Assembly: GCA_947629315.1 (NCBI GenBank)
Contig: CANRDB010000001.1
Coordinates: 4,829 to 68,828, forward strand
Length of the DNA: 64,000 bases
Direction of reading: 5' to 3'
Origin: an uncultured Bacilli bacterium
Lineage (GTDB): Bacteria > Bacillota_I > Bacilli_A > RF39 > UBA660
Shown here: positions 46,497 through 57,111 of the stretch, piece by piece
Numbering within the stretch: the stretch's first letter is position 1
Layout: the number at the start of each line of letters is the position of its first letter
Made by a program: the position numbers and the translations under genes
The notes under the pieces: model-generated
What the model was told of the DNA's origin: nothing
The model's input: only the letters and a program-made list of their open reading frames with translations
The model's database searches: none

Positions 46497-47177
46497 TTAC
46501 TGAATATGATACTTTCTCTTACAAACACAGTCTTTTATCTTATGAAATCCAAACCATTCAAAAGATTCTCTACGGTGAATACGATAAGTTCCTTTACTCA
46601 AGGAAACGAGAGAAATTTTACAAGCAACATCTTTTCCTGGGCTAGAAATAAAATAAGATAATAAAACTTGGGCATCTCTTTTTAAAATGGAAGACAGTTT
46701 CGTCATGACATAAAAAGAAAAAGGGTCCTCCATTTCTTTTTCTAATTTCAAATTACATAAAAATAGAAAATCATAAGTATGAGAAATTTGATGGATTTGA
46801 AATAAATCTACATAAAAATAATGATATTTCACCTGTTCTATTCTTTTTACCGTTTCTTGATATTGTTCTTCTGTTTTTAGATACTCATTTCGAGTAATAA
46901 TTGTCCTTTGACTGACATTGGTTTCTAAAATTTTAGAATGGATTAATTTTTTCCCATCATAGTCAAAGTCTTCATAAATCATATCCCAATAAAGGGAACA
47001 ATCTTCTGGTAAAAATGGTTTTATTCGCAAATATGTTTTATAAGAGAAAACACCTTGATTCTCACTATGTGTTTTTTTAGTATGATCAATAAAAAAATTC
47101 AAAAATTCTTGATAAGTAAGAACCTTTAAGGCTCCTAATTTTAATTCTACCATATATTGTTGGATTTTTCGTTTCAT
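46497..47177 (-). CDS. Hypothetical protein
   Basis: 226 aa ORF with no recognisable motif. Confidence 0.4.
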   Translation of the reverse strand: MKRKIQQYMVELKLGALKVLTYQEFLNFFIDHTKKTHSENQGVFSYKTYLRIKPFLPEDCSLYWDMIYEDFDYDGKKLIHSKILETNVSQRTIITRNEYLKTEEQYQETVKRIEQVKYHYFYVDLFQIHQISHTYDFLFLCNLKLEKEMEDPFSFYVMTKLSSILKRDAQVLLSYFISSPGKDVACKISLVSLSKGTYRIHRRESFEWFGFHKIKDCVCKRKYHIQ

Positions 47178-47210
47178 GATATAATAGGTTTACATTAGGA
47201 GGACATAGAT

Positions 47211-48680
47211 ATGTATCGTAATCAAAAAATATTAATCGGAGTTGGAAAACAAGAACTCGCAATTTTACCAAATATGGCTAATCGTCATGGACTCATTACG
47301 GGAGCTTCTGGTAGTGGAAAAACCATTACCCTAAAAGTAATGGCAGAAAGTTTTTCTAGTGCAGGCATACCGGTTGTATTAGCCGATATCAAAGGAGATT
47401 TAGCAGGAATGCCTTTTCCAGGTGCTTCCAATGACAAAATAGAAGAACGGCTTCAAACCCTAGCCATTTCTGACTTTACCTTTGAAAACTTCCCTACTCA
47501 TTTTTGGGATGTCTATGGAGAATTTGGGCATCCTATTCGGACAACCATTGAAAATGTTGGTTCTGACTTATTAGCGCGAATGTTGGGACTAACAGAGGCT
47601 CAAACAGGTGTCTTAACCATCGTCTTTAAGATTGCAAAAGACAATGGTTGGAAATTAATCGATTTAAAAGATTTAAGACTTGTATTACAGTATGTGGGTG
47701 ATAACCGCAGTCAATATACCTTAGAATATGGTAATGTCTCTCTACAAAGTATTGGAACGATTCAACGGAATTTACTCGTGTTAGAGGAACAAGGAGGAGA
47801 TTTCTTCTTTGGAGAACCCAGTATTTCCATCAAAGATTTTATTCGGTTCGATCCAACTGATGGTCGTGGTTTTATCAATGTCATTCATGCCGTAAAATTA
47901 TTTCAAAAGCCAAATCTCTATGCTACTTTTCTCCTCTGGCTGTTAACCGATTTATACAATACTCTTCCAGAAGTGGGAGATATCGCGAAACCTAAAATTG
48001 TTTTCTTCTTTGATGAAGCCCATCTTCTCTTTGAAGAAATGCCAGATTATATGATTAAAAAAGTGACACAAATCGTCAAACTGATTCGTTCAAAAGGAAT
48101 TGGTCTTTACTTTATTTCACAAAGTCCAAAAGATATTCCAGAAGAGGTTCTACCACAGTTAGGGAATCGTATTCAACATGCTTTAAGAGCCTATACTCCA
48201 GCAGAACAAAAAGTGATTAAAGCAGCCGCTAGTTCTTTCCGAGAAAATCCAGAAATCAATACGGAAGAAGCCATCATGTCTTTAGGAACAGGAGAAGCTT
48301 TAATCTCTTTCTTAAACGAAGAGGGAGAACCCAATATGGTAGAAGAAGCAACCATTCTTCCACCACAAAGTAGAATGGGAACCATTACAGAAGAAGAACG
48401 CCATTCCATTCTTGATAAAAGCCTCTTTAAAGGAAAATATGATACCAAGATAGACAATGAATCTGCCTATGAAAATTTAAAAATAGTCATAGAGGAAAAA
48501 CAGAAAGCGGAAGCACTCGCCTTAGAACAAAAACAAAAAGAAAAAGAAGAAAAGGCAAAAGCAAAAGAGAAAAAAAAGAAATCCAAAGCGGAAAAAGCAG
48601 CTGATAAAGTCACCAATTCGGCTATGAATACTTTAGGAAGAAAAATTGGCAATTCCCTATTCAAAGGACTATTTAAATAA
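47211..48680 (+). CDS. DUF853/YjgR-type (HerA-like) P-loop NTPase
   Basis: NRHGLITGASGSGKTITLKVMAE (Walker A), FFFDEAHLLF (Walker B) and a Lys-rich C-terminal tail. Confidence 0.7.
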   Translation: MYRNQKILIGVGKQELAILPNMANRHGLITGASGSGKTITLKVMAESFSSAGIPVVLADIKGDLAGMPFPGASNDKIEERLQTLAISDFTFENFPTHFWDVYGEFGHPIRTTIENVGSDLLARMLGLTEAQTGVLTIVFKIAKDNGWKLIDLKDLRLVLQYVGDNRSQYTLEYGNVSLQSIGTIQRNLLVLEEQGGDFFFGEPSISIKDFIRFDPTDGRGFINVIHAVKLFQKPNLYATFLLWLLTDLYNTLPEVGDIAKPKIVFFFDEAHLLFEEMPDYMIKKVTQIVKLIRSKGIGLYFISQSPKDIPEEVLPQLGNRIQHALRAYTPAEQKVIKAAASSFRENPEINTEEAIMSLGTGEALISFLNEEGEPNMVEEATILPPQSRMGTITEEERHSILDKSLFKGKYDTKIDNESAYENLKIVIEEKQKAEALALEQKQKEKEEKAKAKEKKKKSKAEKAADKVTNSAMNTLGRKIGNSLFKGLFK

Positions 48681-48917
48681 CCATAAAAGAAAAGTCCACA
48701 AAATACAAGTAAGAGGAATTACTAAAAGAAACTTTCCTTTTCGATTCTTATGGTGAAAATAAAACATCGCAAATAGAGCACCAAAACTTCCCCCTATCCA
48801 AGCACTGCCAAGAAGATAGCGTTCGGGAATACGGTACTCTTTTTTCTTACTCTTCTGCTTATCTACTCCAAAAAGAAAAAAACTGACTATATTCATTACG
48901 AAAAAATAATAAAGCAT
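48669..48917 (-). CDS. DUF1294 family membrane protein
   Basis: Start MLYYFFVMNIV after a GGGAGGAAGG SD. FGVDKQKSKKKEYRIPE is the typical DUF1294 motif. Confidence 0.6.
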   Translation of the reverse strand: MLYYFFVMNIVSFFLFGVDKQKSKKKEYRIPERYLLGSAWIGGSFGALFAMFYFHHKNRKGKFLLVIPLTCILWTFLLWLFK

Positions 48918-48974
48918 ATGCCTTCCTCCCTTGAATTTCCTTATTCTATAAGGTATAATGAAGTTGGTGGTTGT

Positions 48975-49544
48975 ATGAAAATGATTGATTTTATGACAAA
49001 AACAGAATATATGCCGTCTAATCAAGAGAAACAAGATATCAAAATGGCACTGATTCTCCCTGATGGAACCATATTATTAGCAGACAAATCTCATGATGAC
49101 AAACCCATGAGGAATTATGGGGTAACTGGTCCTAGAAAGACGGTAGAAGTACATGTGGATTATGTTAGAATTCTCTGTGAACACTTTTTTCGCGATGATC
49201 AAGAATTATTAGAATACGCAAATCAAGAAAATTTTTATGCAGTCATTATGCACTGGATTCAACAGGGAATTGTCCTATTTAACAATAGTACTACTTACGA
49301 AGGACCAACGTTTATTCTGCATGGAAAACACGGGCAATTACTCATTCCAGATGATATCATCACCGAAGAACAAATCGAATCTTTATCATCCTTACAACCT
49401 TTCATAGATTATTTCCGAGATATTGAAGTAAAAAAGTTTACAACACAGGAACCAAATATTCATGCTGCTACAGAATTCTGTAGTGGAAATGAAGCAATAC
49501 CAACCTATTTAAAAGAAAAAGTCGGTCATGCGAAAACTTCCTAA
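48975..49544 (+). CDS. Hypothetical protein
   Basis: Likely start MKMIDF after a GGTGG SD. No recognisable motif. Confidence 0.4.
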   Translation: MKMIDFMTKTEYMPSNQEKQDIKMALILPDGTILLADKSHDDKPMRNYGVTGPRKTVEVHVDYVRILCEHFFRDDQELLEYANQENFYAVIMHWIQQGIVLFNNSTTYEGPTFILHGKHGQLLIPDDIITEEQIESLSSLQPFIDYFRDIEVKKFTTQEPNIHAATEFCSGNEAIPTYLKEKVGHAKTS

Positions 49545-50019
49545 GTTACTCGTTATTTCCAATTTGGATTCTTGGCATGCAGAAGCTTTTTACCCTCAAA
49601 ATAATCTTAGAAATCATAAAGAGTATTGGGAATTATACATGAAAAGACATCCCAATTTATGTCTTGATTATAATCAATCAAAAACGGAAACAGCCCTTAT
49701 GGTCGCTTCGACACAAAAATTAGTATGGATGGACATTTCTAGTAATCCACAACAGGAAACGCACAAGAGTGGTATCCTTTTTTTACCAAAGAATCCATCC
49801 GATTCTCTATTATCTACTCTTTTTCTTTTAAAAGACTGTTTACAGGAACTCGCATTTCTAGAACTCGTCTATAATATTATAGAGAAAGATGGAACATATC
49901 GGTATCAATCAATGATTGGCATATCCCAAAAAGGAAAAAAATCAACCGATGTGATTGACCTATTCTATGAAAAATACTATTCAAAGGAATCTCATCCTAT
50001 CAAACAAAAAATAAGTTAA
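49528..50019 (+). CDS. Hypothetical protein
   Basis: 163 aa ORF overlapping the upstream stop. No recognisable motif. Confidence 0.4.
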   Translation: MRKLPKLLVISNLDSWHAEAFYPQNNLRNHKEYWELYMKRHPNLCLDYNQSKTETALMVASTQKLVWMDISSNPQQETHKSGILFLPKNPSDSLLSTLFLLKDCLQELAFLELVYNIIEKDGTYRYQSMIGISQKGKKSTDVIDLFYEKYYSKESHPIKQKIS

Positions 50020-50039
50020 CGCATCCCTAATATGCGTTT

Positions 50040-50513
50040 TTATTTTTCCAAAAGGATATGGTTCAGTAAATGTTTTACTTCTTCTAAAATCATTTGCTTT
50101 CCCTCTCGTCTCGTTTGATTGGTAATGGTCAATTGTTGCTCATAATAAATTTGATGTTCTCGGTCATAAAGACTAATATACACCTTATAAGATTCATCCT
50201 CCTCATGACTCGGTTTCGAACCGTTCAATTGTCCTGTAATACCAATTCCATAGTCTGCATCGGCATACTGACTAATCTGTAAACTCATTTCTCTAGCCAC
50301 TTCCATACTGTACACAGTATAGGTAGATATCGTTTCTGGTAAAACACCCATCTTTATTTTGTACTCATTGGAATAGGTAACCGCACTAAAACGAAGAACA
50401 TTACTAGCGCCCTCAATATTAGTAATCTCATTAGTAATGAATCCACCCGTACAAGACTCCATCGCAGCGATGGTTTTATTTTGTTTTCTTAATTCATCTA
50501 CTATTTCTTTCAT
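50040..50513 (-). CDS. CinA C-terminal domain / nicotinamide-nucleotide amidohydrolase (PncC-like)
   Basis: IAAMESCTGGFITNEITNIEGASNVL...VTYSNEYK is the CinA-C signature. Confidence 0.75.
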   Translation of the reverse strand: MKEIVDELRKQNKTIAAMESCTGGFITNEITNIEGASNVLRFSAVTYSNEYKIKMGVLPETISTYTVYSMEVAREMSLQISQYADADYGIGITGQLNGSKPSHEEDESYKVYISLYDREHQIYYEQQLTITNQTRREGKQMILEEVKHLLNHILLEK

Positions 50514-50543
50514 GTCTTCCTCCTCAAGTTATGATAAACAATT

Positions 50544-51623
50544 TTAAGAATCTAATTTCTTTTGAATTTTCTCAAAAATTTCTTGCTTTCCATTTTGAAT
50601 GGTATGAATGGAAATCCCTCTATGTAAGGTATCAATAATTTTAGCGATAAATTTAGAACAATCTACCTCATAAAACCAATCTAACTTTTTAATCGTATCC
50701 GGAACATACGATAAATTCGTAGAATATAATTTTTCGAATAGATGATTTTGATAAGCCTCTTGAAATATCTCAATTCCCTCAGTAAAGAGCGCAAAAGTAG
50801 AAATTAAATAAACCTTATGAGCTCCTCTTTTCTTCAGTTCCTCTGCTACTTCTATCATAGAACTACCAGAAGCAATCATATCATCTACTACTAAAATAGT
50901 TTTATCTTGCACATCGGCTCCCATATAGATGTGATCAATAATTGGATTTTTTCCATTGACCACTTTACTTAAATCCCGGCGCTTATAGAATACTCCTACA
51001 TCACATCCTAGTAATTCTGCATAATACCGAGAACGTTCCATAGCTCCCATATCTGGACTAACTACTAATAAATTTTCTAAATCTTCTTGCTCAATTAAGG
51101 TCTCCAGAATGGTATGCGTAGGATAAAAATTCTCAAAGGGTAAATTCGGGATAGCATTGGCAACATTCGGATCATGAGCATCAAAAGTCACAATACTATC
51201 GACTCCTAACGTCTCTAATTCTTGAAGTGCCACCGCACAATCTAGTGACTCTCTTCCCTTTCGTTTATGTTGTCTAGATTGGTATAATAATGGCATAATC
51301 AAGGTAATATGTTCACTACGACCACTCGTAGCTGAAATGACTCGTTTCACATCTTGAAAATGTTCATCTGGTGACATACAATGTTGTTCTCCGTGCAAAG
51401 GATAAGAAATGTGATAATTCCCAACATCACATAAAATAAATAAATCTTGATGACGAACTGTTTCTTCAATGCGAACTTTTCCTTCGCCATTTGAAAAACG
51501 AATATCTGATATTTGCGTTAAATAAGATTCTTTCTGTTTCGTCATTCGTCGCAATTCTTGATCAACTTTCGCGCCTACTTCCTTAAAGTTATCTAATACA
51601 ATTAGTTTTACCGTTTTCCCCAT
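50544..51623 (-). CDS. prs: Ribose-phosphate pyrophosphokinase (long form)
   Basis: ITLIMPLLYQSRQHKRKGRESL, FDAHDP and VVDDMIASGSS (the PRPP-binding loop). Confidence 0.8.
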   Translation of the reverse strand: MGKTVKLIVLDNFKEVGAKVDQELRRMTKQKESYLTQISDIRFSNGEGKVRIEETVRHQDLFILCDVGNYHISYPLHGEQHCMSPDEHFQDVKRVISATSGRSEHITLIMPLLYQSRQHKRKGRESLDCAVALQELETLGVDSIVTFDAHDPNVANAIPNLPFENFYPTHTILETLIEQEDLENLLVVSPDMGAMERSRYYAELLGCDVGVFYKRRDLSKVVNGKNPIIDHIYMGADVQDKTILVVDDMIASGSSMIEVAEELKKRGAHKVYLISTFALFTEGIEIFQEAYQNHLFEKLYSTNLSYVPDTIKKLDWFYEVDCSKFIAKIIDTLHRGISIHTIQNGKQEIFEKIQKKLDS

Positions 51624-51713
51624 AAATTCCTCCTACAAAAACCGAACTATCTTCTTATGAGCATTATATTAAAAAGAGGAAAAGAAGTCAATGCCATAAA
51701 AAAAGAAATATAC

Positions 51714-52862
51714 CTACTTATATTTCTTTTGATAACCTGCTTCTGGAAGAACAATCGCTTGATCATATCCCTGTTTCTTTAATTTAGAAGAAAGGTAAGC
51801 TTTCTCTAATGTATACTTTGTATTATCCTCAAATGTTCCAGCTTCTTCTGAAAAAATAGAAGCTAAGACATAGTAATGATAACGAACCGCTTGTGCATCA
51901 TTTTGCATGCCTTGTAAAACATAAGTGGAAAGTGTAGAAAAGCAAAATAGAATATCCTCTTTTGGGATTTCGGTTTTATGCTCCACTATATCTCCAAAGA
52001 TAGTAAGTGTTCTTTCCGCATCTTCTTTCTTGCCATAAACTTTTTCCAAAGCCTCATACAACAGTTCCGGGTCATCGGTCGTATATGCCTTTAATACTGT
52101 ATCAGAACCCACTAAATCACATAATAGTTTCACCATCGTTACTTGATAAGGATAAACCTCCGTTAAGACAAATGGCTGATCGGAAGTATATTCTAGAACA
52201 ATCAACTGATCCATTCCCTCCAAAAACCAATCTGGAATTTTCTCATTATCTTGAATACTGTGCCCATCTTCATGTAACATCGTATCTTCATCATAACGAA
52301 TTTGAAAATAAACAATATCATGGTACTCTGGTAGATAAACAGCCAAAGTATTCTCTCCTACTGGTAAATTTCCTCGGAGCGCAAAACGAGTATTGACATT
52401 CAATAGTCGCTCATACACCTTTTCTTTATCCAAATAGGGATTATCTTGAAAATAATCCGCAAACCGATAAAAAGTATCTTTTTCCCGATTCGTTAAATAA
52501 GGATTTTCTCGAATCGCATTTAACAATAAATAATCATCCTCATTTTGTTCAATAGTAATATTTAATTCTTGTTCTAACTCTTTTAAAATATCCTCTTCGG
52601 CTTCTTCCTCTATAATTATTTCATTTCCACAAAATACATTTTCTGTTAACCAAGGTCTTTCCTGTGGATGATAATAAAAGGCATGCGAAAAAGTAGCCAC
52701 CGCTCCTACTATCATCGTATTCACACAGACGAGTGTTAATAATTTGTTGGCTAAATCCTTTTTATCGATATAAAATTTTAAATGACGAATAGAACCCTTT
52801 TTCATAAAATCACTAGGGCGTATTATACCAAGTTCTTCTCTTTCTGTCAAACAAAAAGACAC
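51714..52862 (-). CDS. Hypothetical membrane-anchored protein with an HExxH motif
   Basis: One TM near the N-terminus. MLHEDGHSI supplies the HEDGH motif. Otherwise unrecognised. Confidence 0.4.
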   Translation of the reverse strand: MSFCLTEREELGIIRPSDFMKKGSIRHLKFYIDKKDLANKLLTLVCVNTMIVGAVATFSHAFYYHPQERPWLTENVFCGNEIIIEEEAEEDILKELEQELNITIEQNEDDYLLLNAIRENPYLTNREKDTFYRFADYFQDNPYLDKEKVYERLLNVNTRFALRGNLPVGENTLAVYLPEYHDIVYFQIRYDEDTMLHEDGHSIQDNEKIPDWFLEGMDQLIVLEYTSDQPFVLTEVYPYQVTMVKLLCDLVGSDTVLKAYTTDDPELLYEALEKVYGKKEDAERTLTIFGDIVEHKTEIPKEDILFCFSTLSTYVLQGMQNDAQAVRYHYYVLASIFSEEAGTFEDNTKYTLEKAYLSSKLKKQGYDQAIVLPEAGYQKKYK

Positions 52863-52870
52863 CGTAGTGT

Positions 52871-55408
52871 CTATTCTGTTCTCAAAGCCTCTACTGGATC
52901 TTTTCGAGATGCCATACGTGCTGGGAATAATCCGGCAATAAGCGTTAATACAATACTAATGATAACGAGGATAATCGCACCAACAACAGGAAGTTGAGAG
53001 ATATTAGAAATATCCGTCACATTCTTAATAATCATGTTAATTGGAATATTCAAAAGAACGGTTGTCGCTATACCAAAGATACCAGCAGTAAATCCCTCAA
53101 TAATTGTCTCTGCTCTAAAGACACGAGAAATATCTTTTTTACTAGCTCCAATTGCTCTTAAAATACCGATTTCTTTGGTTCTCTCTAATACAGAAATATA
53201 CGTAATAATACCAATCATTATACTAGATACCACGAGGGAAATAGATACAAAAGCAATTAAAACATAACTGATAATGTCAATAATAGTAGTAACACCAGAC
53301 ATCATTACCCCTACGATATCCGTATAATTAATGACATCCTCTTCTCCTACACTATCATTATAGTCTTCAATTAATGACATCAATTCTTCTTTTGCATCAA
53401 AATCCTTTGGATATAGCAAAATAGAACTTGGGCTATCTAAATCAACAATTCCTAAAGCTTTCAAATTATCTTCATAAGTAGCTCCATAAGTCTCCATATA
53501 ATTCGCAATGACTTGCGCTAACTCCTCTTGAGATAGGGATGCTAAATAGGCTTGTTGCTCAGGTGTTAAAGCTGTCATATCAAAATTTTTATTGTCTGTA
53601 TTAAACTCTAATCCGGTAAACACATTAATGTCTGGATTGTCTAGTTGTTCTTTCACTATCTCTTTCTTTTTGATTTCTTTTACCACATACTCCGTAAGTT
53701 CTTTCGTATAGCCAATCTCTCCATGACTAGCAGTCAAAATAGCTTCTTCATTTGGTCGGATAATACCGACAATTGTTAAATCCTCTGATTCCTCTAATAC
53801 TTTTTTCATGTATTCATAGTCATCTTTTTTATTAACCCAAATACCAGATTGTTTTTCGTAATAATCAGGATTCAAAACCAATTTAAAAGTTAATCCAACA
53901 AGTTCATCAAACTCATAAGAAGTTGGTTCAAATTCAAATTTCTCACCAGCTGCTACCTTTTTAAAGAGATCTTCTACCTCTTTTTGATCTTTTAATCCTA
54001 ATGTATAAAGAGTATAGTCACTAATGTTATTCTCTTCATCCACCATCAATACCACTTCGTTATATTTCTCTGGCCATCTTCCATAAACTACATCGTATTG
54101 ACCTTTTAATAATTCCCCATTATCCATGAGTTCACGCCAAACATTATATTGATCCATAGAATAAGACATAGCCGTACTTCCAAAACCAATCTTATCCATA
54201 ATAGGACTCGGATTAACTTGAATAATCTCTTCTGATGTATCAGGATTAAAAAGTTGTAAATCTAGATTGTAAGAATACTGAATCGCATTCGTATAAGAAT
54301 CAAAAGTATCTTGATGGTCTTCTATATGTTTCTTAAATTTCTCTAAGTTATTCTGTGTAATTTGTGAAGTAAAAGAACTAACGACATTTCCTAAAATATC
54401 ATGAGAATAAATCTTATCTAAATCATGTTCTTCCACCCTAGCACCGCTAGACATTAAATCCATCATCGATGTCATATCTACGGTTGCTTCATCCAATTGG
54501 ATAGGATAAGAAGATAACGTATCTTCCTCTACTCTACTAATATATTGTCTTACTCCACTCGATAAAGAAAGTATGAGGGCAATTCCTATGATACCGATAG
54601 AACCAGCAAACGCTGTTAAAATGGTTCTCCCCTTTTTCGTCATCAAGTTATTAAGACTAAGAGTGAGCGCTGTTAAGAAAGACATATAAGTTTTCTTACT
54701 AGTCTTACTTTTTTTCTTTTCCTTTTCCCCTTCATAAGGATTAGAATCATCCACAATACTTCCATCTAATAATTTCACAATACGGGTAGAATAACGATCC
54801 GCTAAATCAGGATTATGGGTAACCATTACGACTAATTTGTCTTTAGCAATTTCTTTCAACAATTCCATAATCTGAATACTAGTTTCAGAATCCAATGCTC
54901 CTGTTGGTTCATCGGCAAGAAGAATATCTGGATCATTAACTAAAGCTCGCGCAATAGCCACTCTCTGCATCTGCCCACCAGACATTTGATTTGGTTTTTT
55001 ATTAACTTGATCTTCCAAGCCAACCTTTTTCAAAACCGCTAAAGCTCTTTTCCGACGTTCTTGTTTTGGTACACCAGAAAGTGTAAGCGCTAATTCTACA
55101 TTAGATAGTACTGTTTGATGAGGGATTAAGTTATAGTTTTGGAACACAAATCCAACAGAGTGATTTCGATAGGTATCCCAATCTCTGTCTTTAAACTCTT
55201 TGGTAGACTTACCATTAATAATTAAATCTCCACTCGTATAACGGTCCAATCCACCCACTATATTTAGGAGGGTTGTTTTTCCACAACCAGATTGCCCTAA
55301 AATCGATACAAACTCACTTTCCCGAAAGGAAATATCGATTCCTTTTAATGCTTCTACCTTCGTATCACCTGTGACATACGTCTTTGTTATATTTTTCAAT
55401 TTTAACAT
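52871..55408 (-). CDS. Fused ABC transporter ATP-binding/permease protein (MacB/FtsX type)
   Basis: GQSGCGKTT, LSGGQMQRVAIARAL and LLADEPTGALD motifs, a large extracytoplasmic loop, and a C-terminal FtsX 4-TM domain. Confidence 0.85.
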   Translation of the reverse strand: MLKLKNITKTYVTGDTKVEALKGIDISFRESEFVSILGQSGCGKTTLLNIVGGLDRYTSGDLIINGKSTKEFKDRDWDTYRNHSVGFVFQNYNLIPHQTVLSNVELALTLSGVPKQERRKRALAVLKKVGLEDQVNKKPNQMSGGQMQRVAIARALVNDPDILLADEPTGALDSETSIQIMELLKEIAKDKLVVMVTHNPDLADRYSTRIVKLLDGSIVDDSNPYEGEKEKKKSKTSKKTYMSFLTALTLSLNNLMTKKGRTILTAFAGSIGIIGIALILSLSSGVRQYISRVEEDTLSSYPIQLDEATVDMTSMMDLMSSGARVEEHDLDKIYSHDILGNVVSSFTSQITQNNLEKFKKHIEDHQDTFDSYTNAIQYSYNLDLQLFNPDTSEEIIQVNPSPIMDKIGFGSTAMSYSMDQYNVWRELMDNGELLKGQYDVVYGRWPEKYNEVVLMVDEENNISDYTLYTLGLKDQKEVEDLFKKVAAGEKFEFEPTSYEFDELVGLTFKLVLNPDYYEKQSGIWVNKKDDYEYMKKVLEESEDLTIVGIIRPNEEAILTASHGEIGYTKELTEYVVKEIKKKEIVKEQLDNPDINVFTGLEFNTDNKNFDMTALTPEQQAYLASLSQEELAQVIANYMETYGATYEDNLKALGIVDLDSPSSILLYPKDFDAKEELMSLIEDYNDSVGEEDVINYTDIVGVMMSGVTTIIDIISYVLIAFVSISLVVSSIMIGIITYISVLERTKEIGILRAIGASKKDISRVFRAETIIEGFTAGIFGIATTVLLNIPINMIIKNVTDISNISQLPVVGAIILVIISIVLTLIAGLFPARMASRKDPVEALRTE

Positions 55409-55424
55409 AGATTTCGCATCCTTT

Positions 55425-55868
55425 CTAAATATATTTTCGTAACAAGCACTGCCATGCCTGTCTTAAGATTCTTTGTTCTTCCTCCGTAAAATTACTTTGA
55501 AAGCACTTTTCTTTTCTTTGTAACAAATTCTCTACTTGCATTGCTTTTGAGATACCTAAATCTGTTAAGTAGACCTTGTAATTTCTCTTCGTGCTACTCT
55601 CCCTATCACGATAAATATAGCCTTTTTTTTCCAGTTTATTCATCACTTTTGTCGTCATTGATTTATCGGTCATGGATAAATTGGTAACTTCCGTCATGGA
55701 AAGTCCCTTTGGATGACAATGAAGCAATACTAGACCAATCATCTCACTTGCATCTACTTGATAAGTTTTTAAATCTCTCATAATTTGTTGATTCATGATT
55801 TTAAATAAATAACGTGCATGAATTAAAAATTTTTCGCTTTCTAACAAGTCTTCCTCATTCATAATCAT
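55425..55868 (-). CDS. MarR family transcription regulator
   Basis: Winged HTH (GLSMTEVTNLSMTDKSMTTKVMNKLEKKGYIYRDR). The start is uncertain (55862-55913). Confidence 0.7.
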   Translation of the reverse strand: MIMNEEDLLESEKFLIHARYLFKIMNQQIMRDLKTYQVDASEMIGLVLLHCHPKGLSMTEVTNLSMTDKSMTTKVMNKLEKKGYIYRDRESSTKRNYKVYLTDLGISKAMQVENLLQRKEKCFQSNFTEEEQRILRQAWQCLLRKYI

Positions 55869-55944
55869 TACCCAACCTTGCATCAGTATAGCATGTTTAA
55901 GTTTAACTGTCAACTTAAATTTTATTAAAAATCATTAAAAAAAC

Positions 55945-56946
55945 TCATGAAAGAGTCTTTTCTAATTGATTTAAAAATTGTACCCCATTTGTCGTCCACT
56001 GACCATCCCGATAATAGTGCGCTAAATTGCCATAACGGACGATAGCTTGTAGAGGATAATCCGTCTTTTGATCTAATTCTTCAATAATTTCATGAGCTTT
56101 CTCAATCGGTGTTGCTAACGTCAAAGTAACATCTAAAACAAATCGCTTATCTTCATTAAAATTAGATAAATTGATTTCCGTCGGCAATGGAATTACTAAT
56201 TTTTTAGAAACAATATTCGTTCGGTCTAATTTCAGTAATCCATCTGACTTTTCATAAATGTAAAATTCAAATAATGTCTTTTTATTCGGAATTTTCTCTT
56301 CAAAATAGTCTTGAATATAGGAATACAATACCTCAAAAGACTGAGATTTCAAGTTAGAATTCAACTGATCTCTATCATCAAAGGAAACTAATCGTTTTTG
56401 TCCATACGAATCCGTATACTGAACAACGTATACATAATGGGTTTTCGCTGGCATACATTTTATTTTATCCTTAAAAGCAATATTTTTAGGTAATTGTTGA
56501 TTCAACTCTATATCTAAATCTAAATCTCCCCCATACTGCTCTTCTAATTTATTCACAAACTGTTCCTGTGTCTTCTTCACAAACTCACATTCAGTTGGCT
56601 GGATTACATAAATATCTTTAAAATGGTAATCATCGAAGACACGTTCCAAATATACCTTATCCCCAAAATAAGACCAAAAAGGTGACAATAAAAAGGCAAA
56701 AGATAAGATAAGGGAAAAAACTTTCGCTGTTCCATTATCATTACGAAAAGCTAAAAACATGATAAATAGTCCGAAAATAAACCCAAGCAATCCCAAATAA
56801 GTATTCGTCCCCACTAAAAACTGGGCACTTAAAATCCAGATATCAATAATCGGCCCATAAAATGGGATGAGAAAAATAGCCATAAACACTAATAAAATAA
56901 AGAATATAGCATCTCCCATATCAATTTTTCTTTTTGGTTTTCCCAC
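55945..56946 (-). CDS. Hypothetical membrane protein
   Basis: About 4 N-terminal TM helices plus a soluble C-terminal domain. Confidence 0.45.
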   Translation of the reverse strand: MGKPKRKIDMGDAIFFILLVFMAIFLIPFYGPIIDIWILSAQFLVGTNTYLGLLGFIFGLFIMFLAFRNDNGTAKVFSLILSFAFLLSPFWSYFGDKVYLERVFDDYHFKDIYVIQPTECEFVKKTQEQFVNKLEEQYGGDLDLDIELNQQLPKNIAFKDKIKCMPAKTHYVYVVQYTDSYGQKRLVSFDDRDQLNSNLKSQSFEVLYSYIQDYFEEKIPNKKTLFEFYIYEKSDGLLKLDRTNIVSKKLVIPLPTEINLSNFNEDKRFVLDVTLTLATPIEKAHEIIEELDQKTDYPLQAIVRYGNLAHYYRDGQWTTNGVQFLNQLEKTLS

Positions 56947-57111
56947 GGTACTCCCTACTCTCTATAAGTTAGTATACCATAAAAATTTTAGAAAATCGAA
57001 TGAAATATCTCTTTTCTCCCCTCATTTGTCATTTTCTTTCATATAAAACACTATCAAGATTTTTGAATAACCATCCATAACCTATGTCATATAGTATATT
57101 AGGAGGATTTT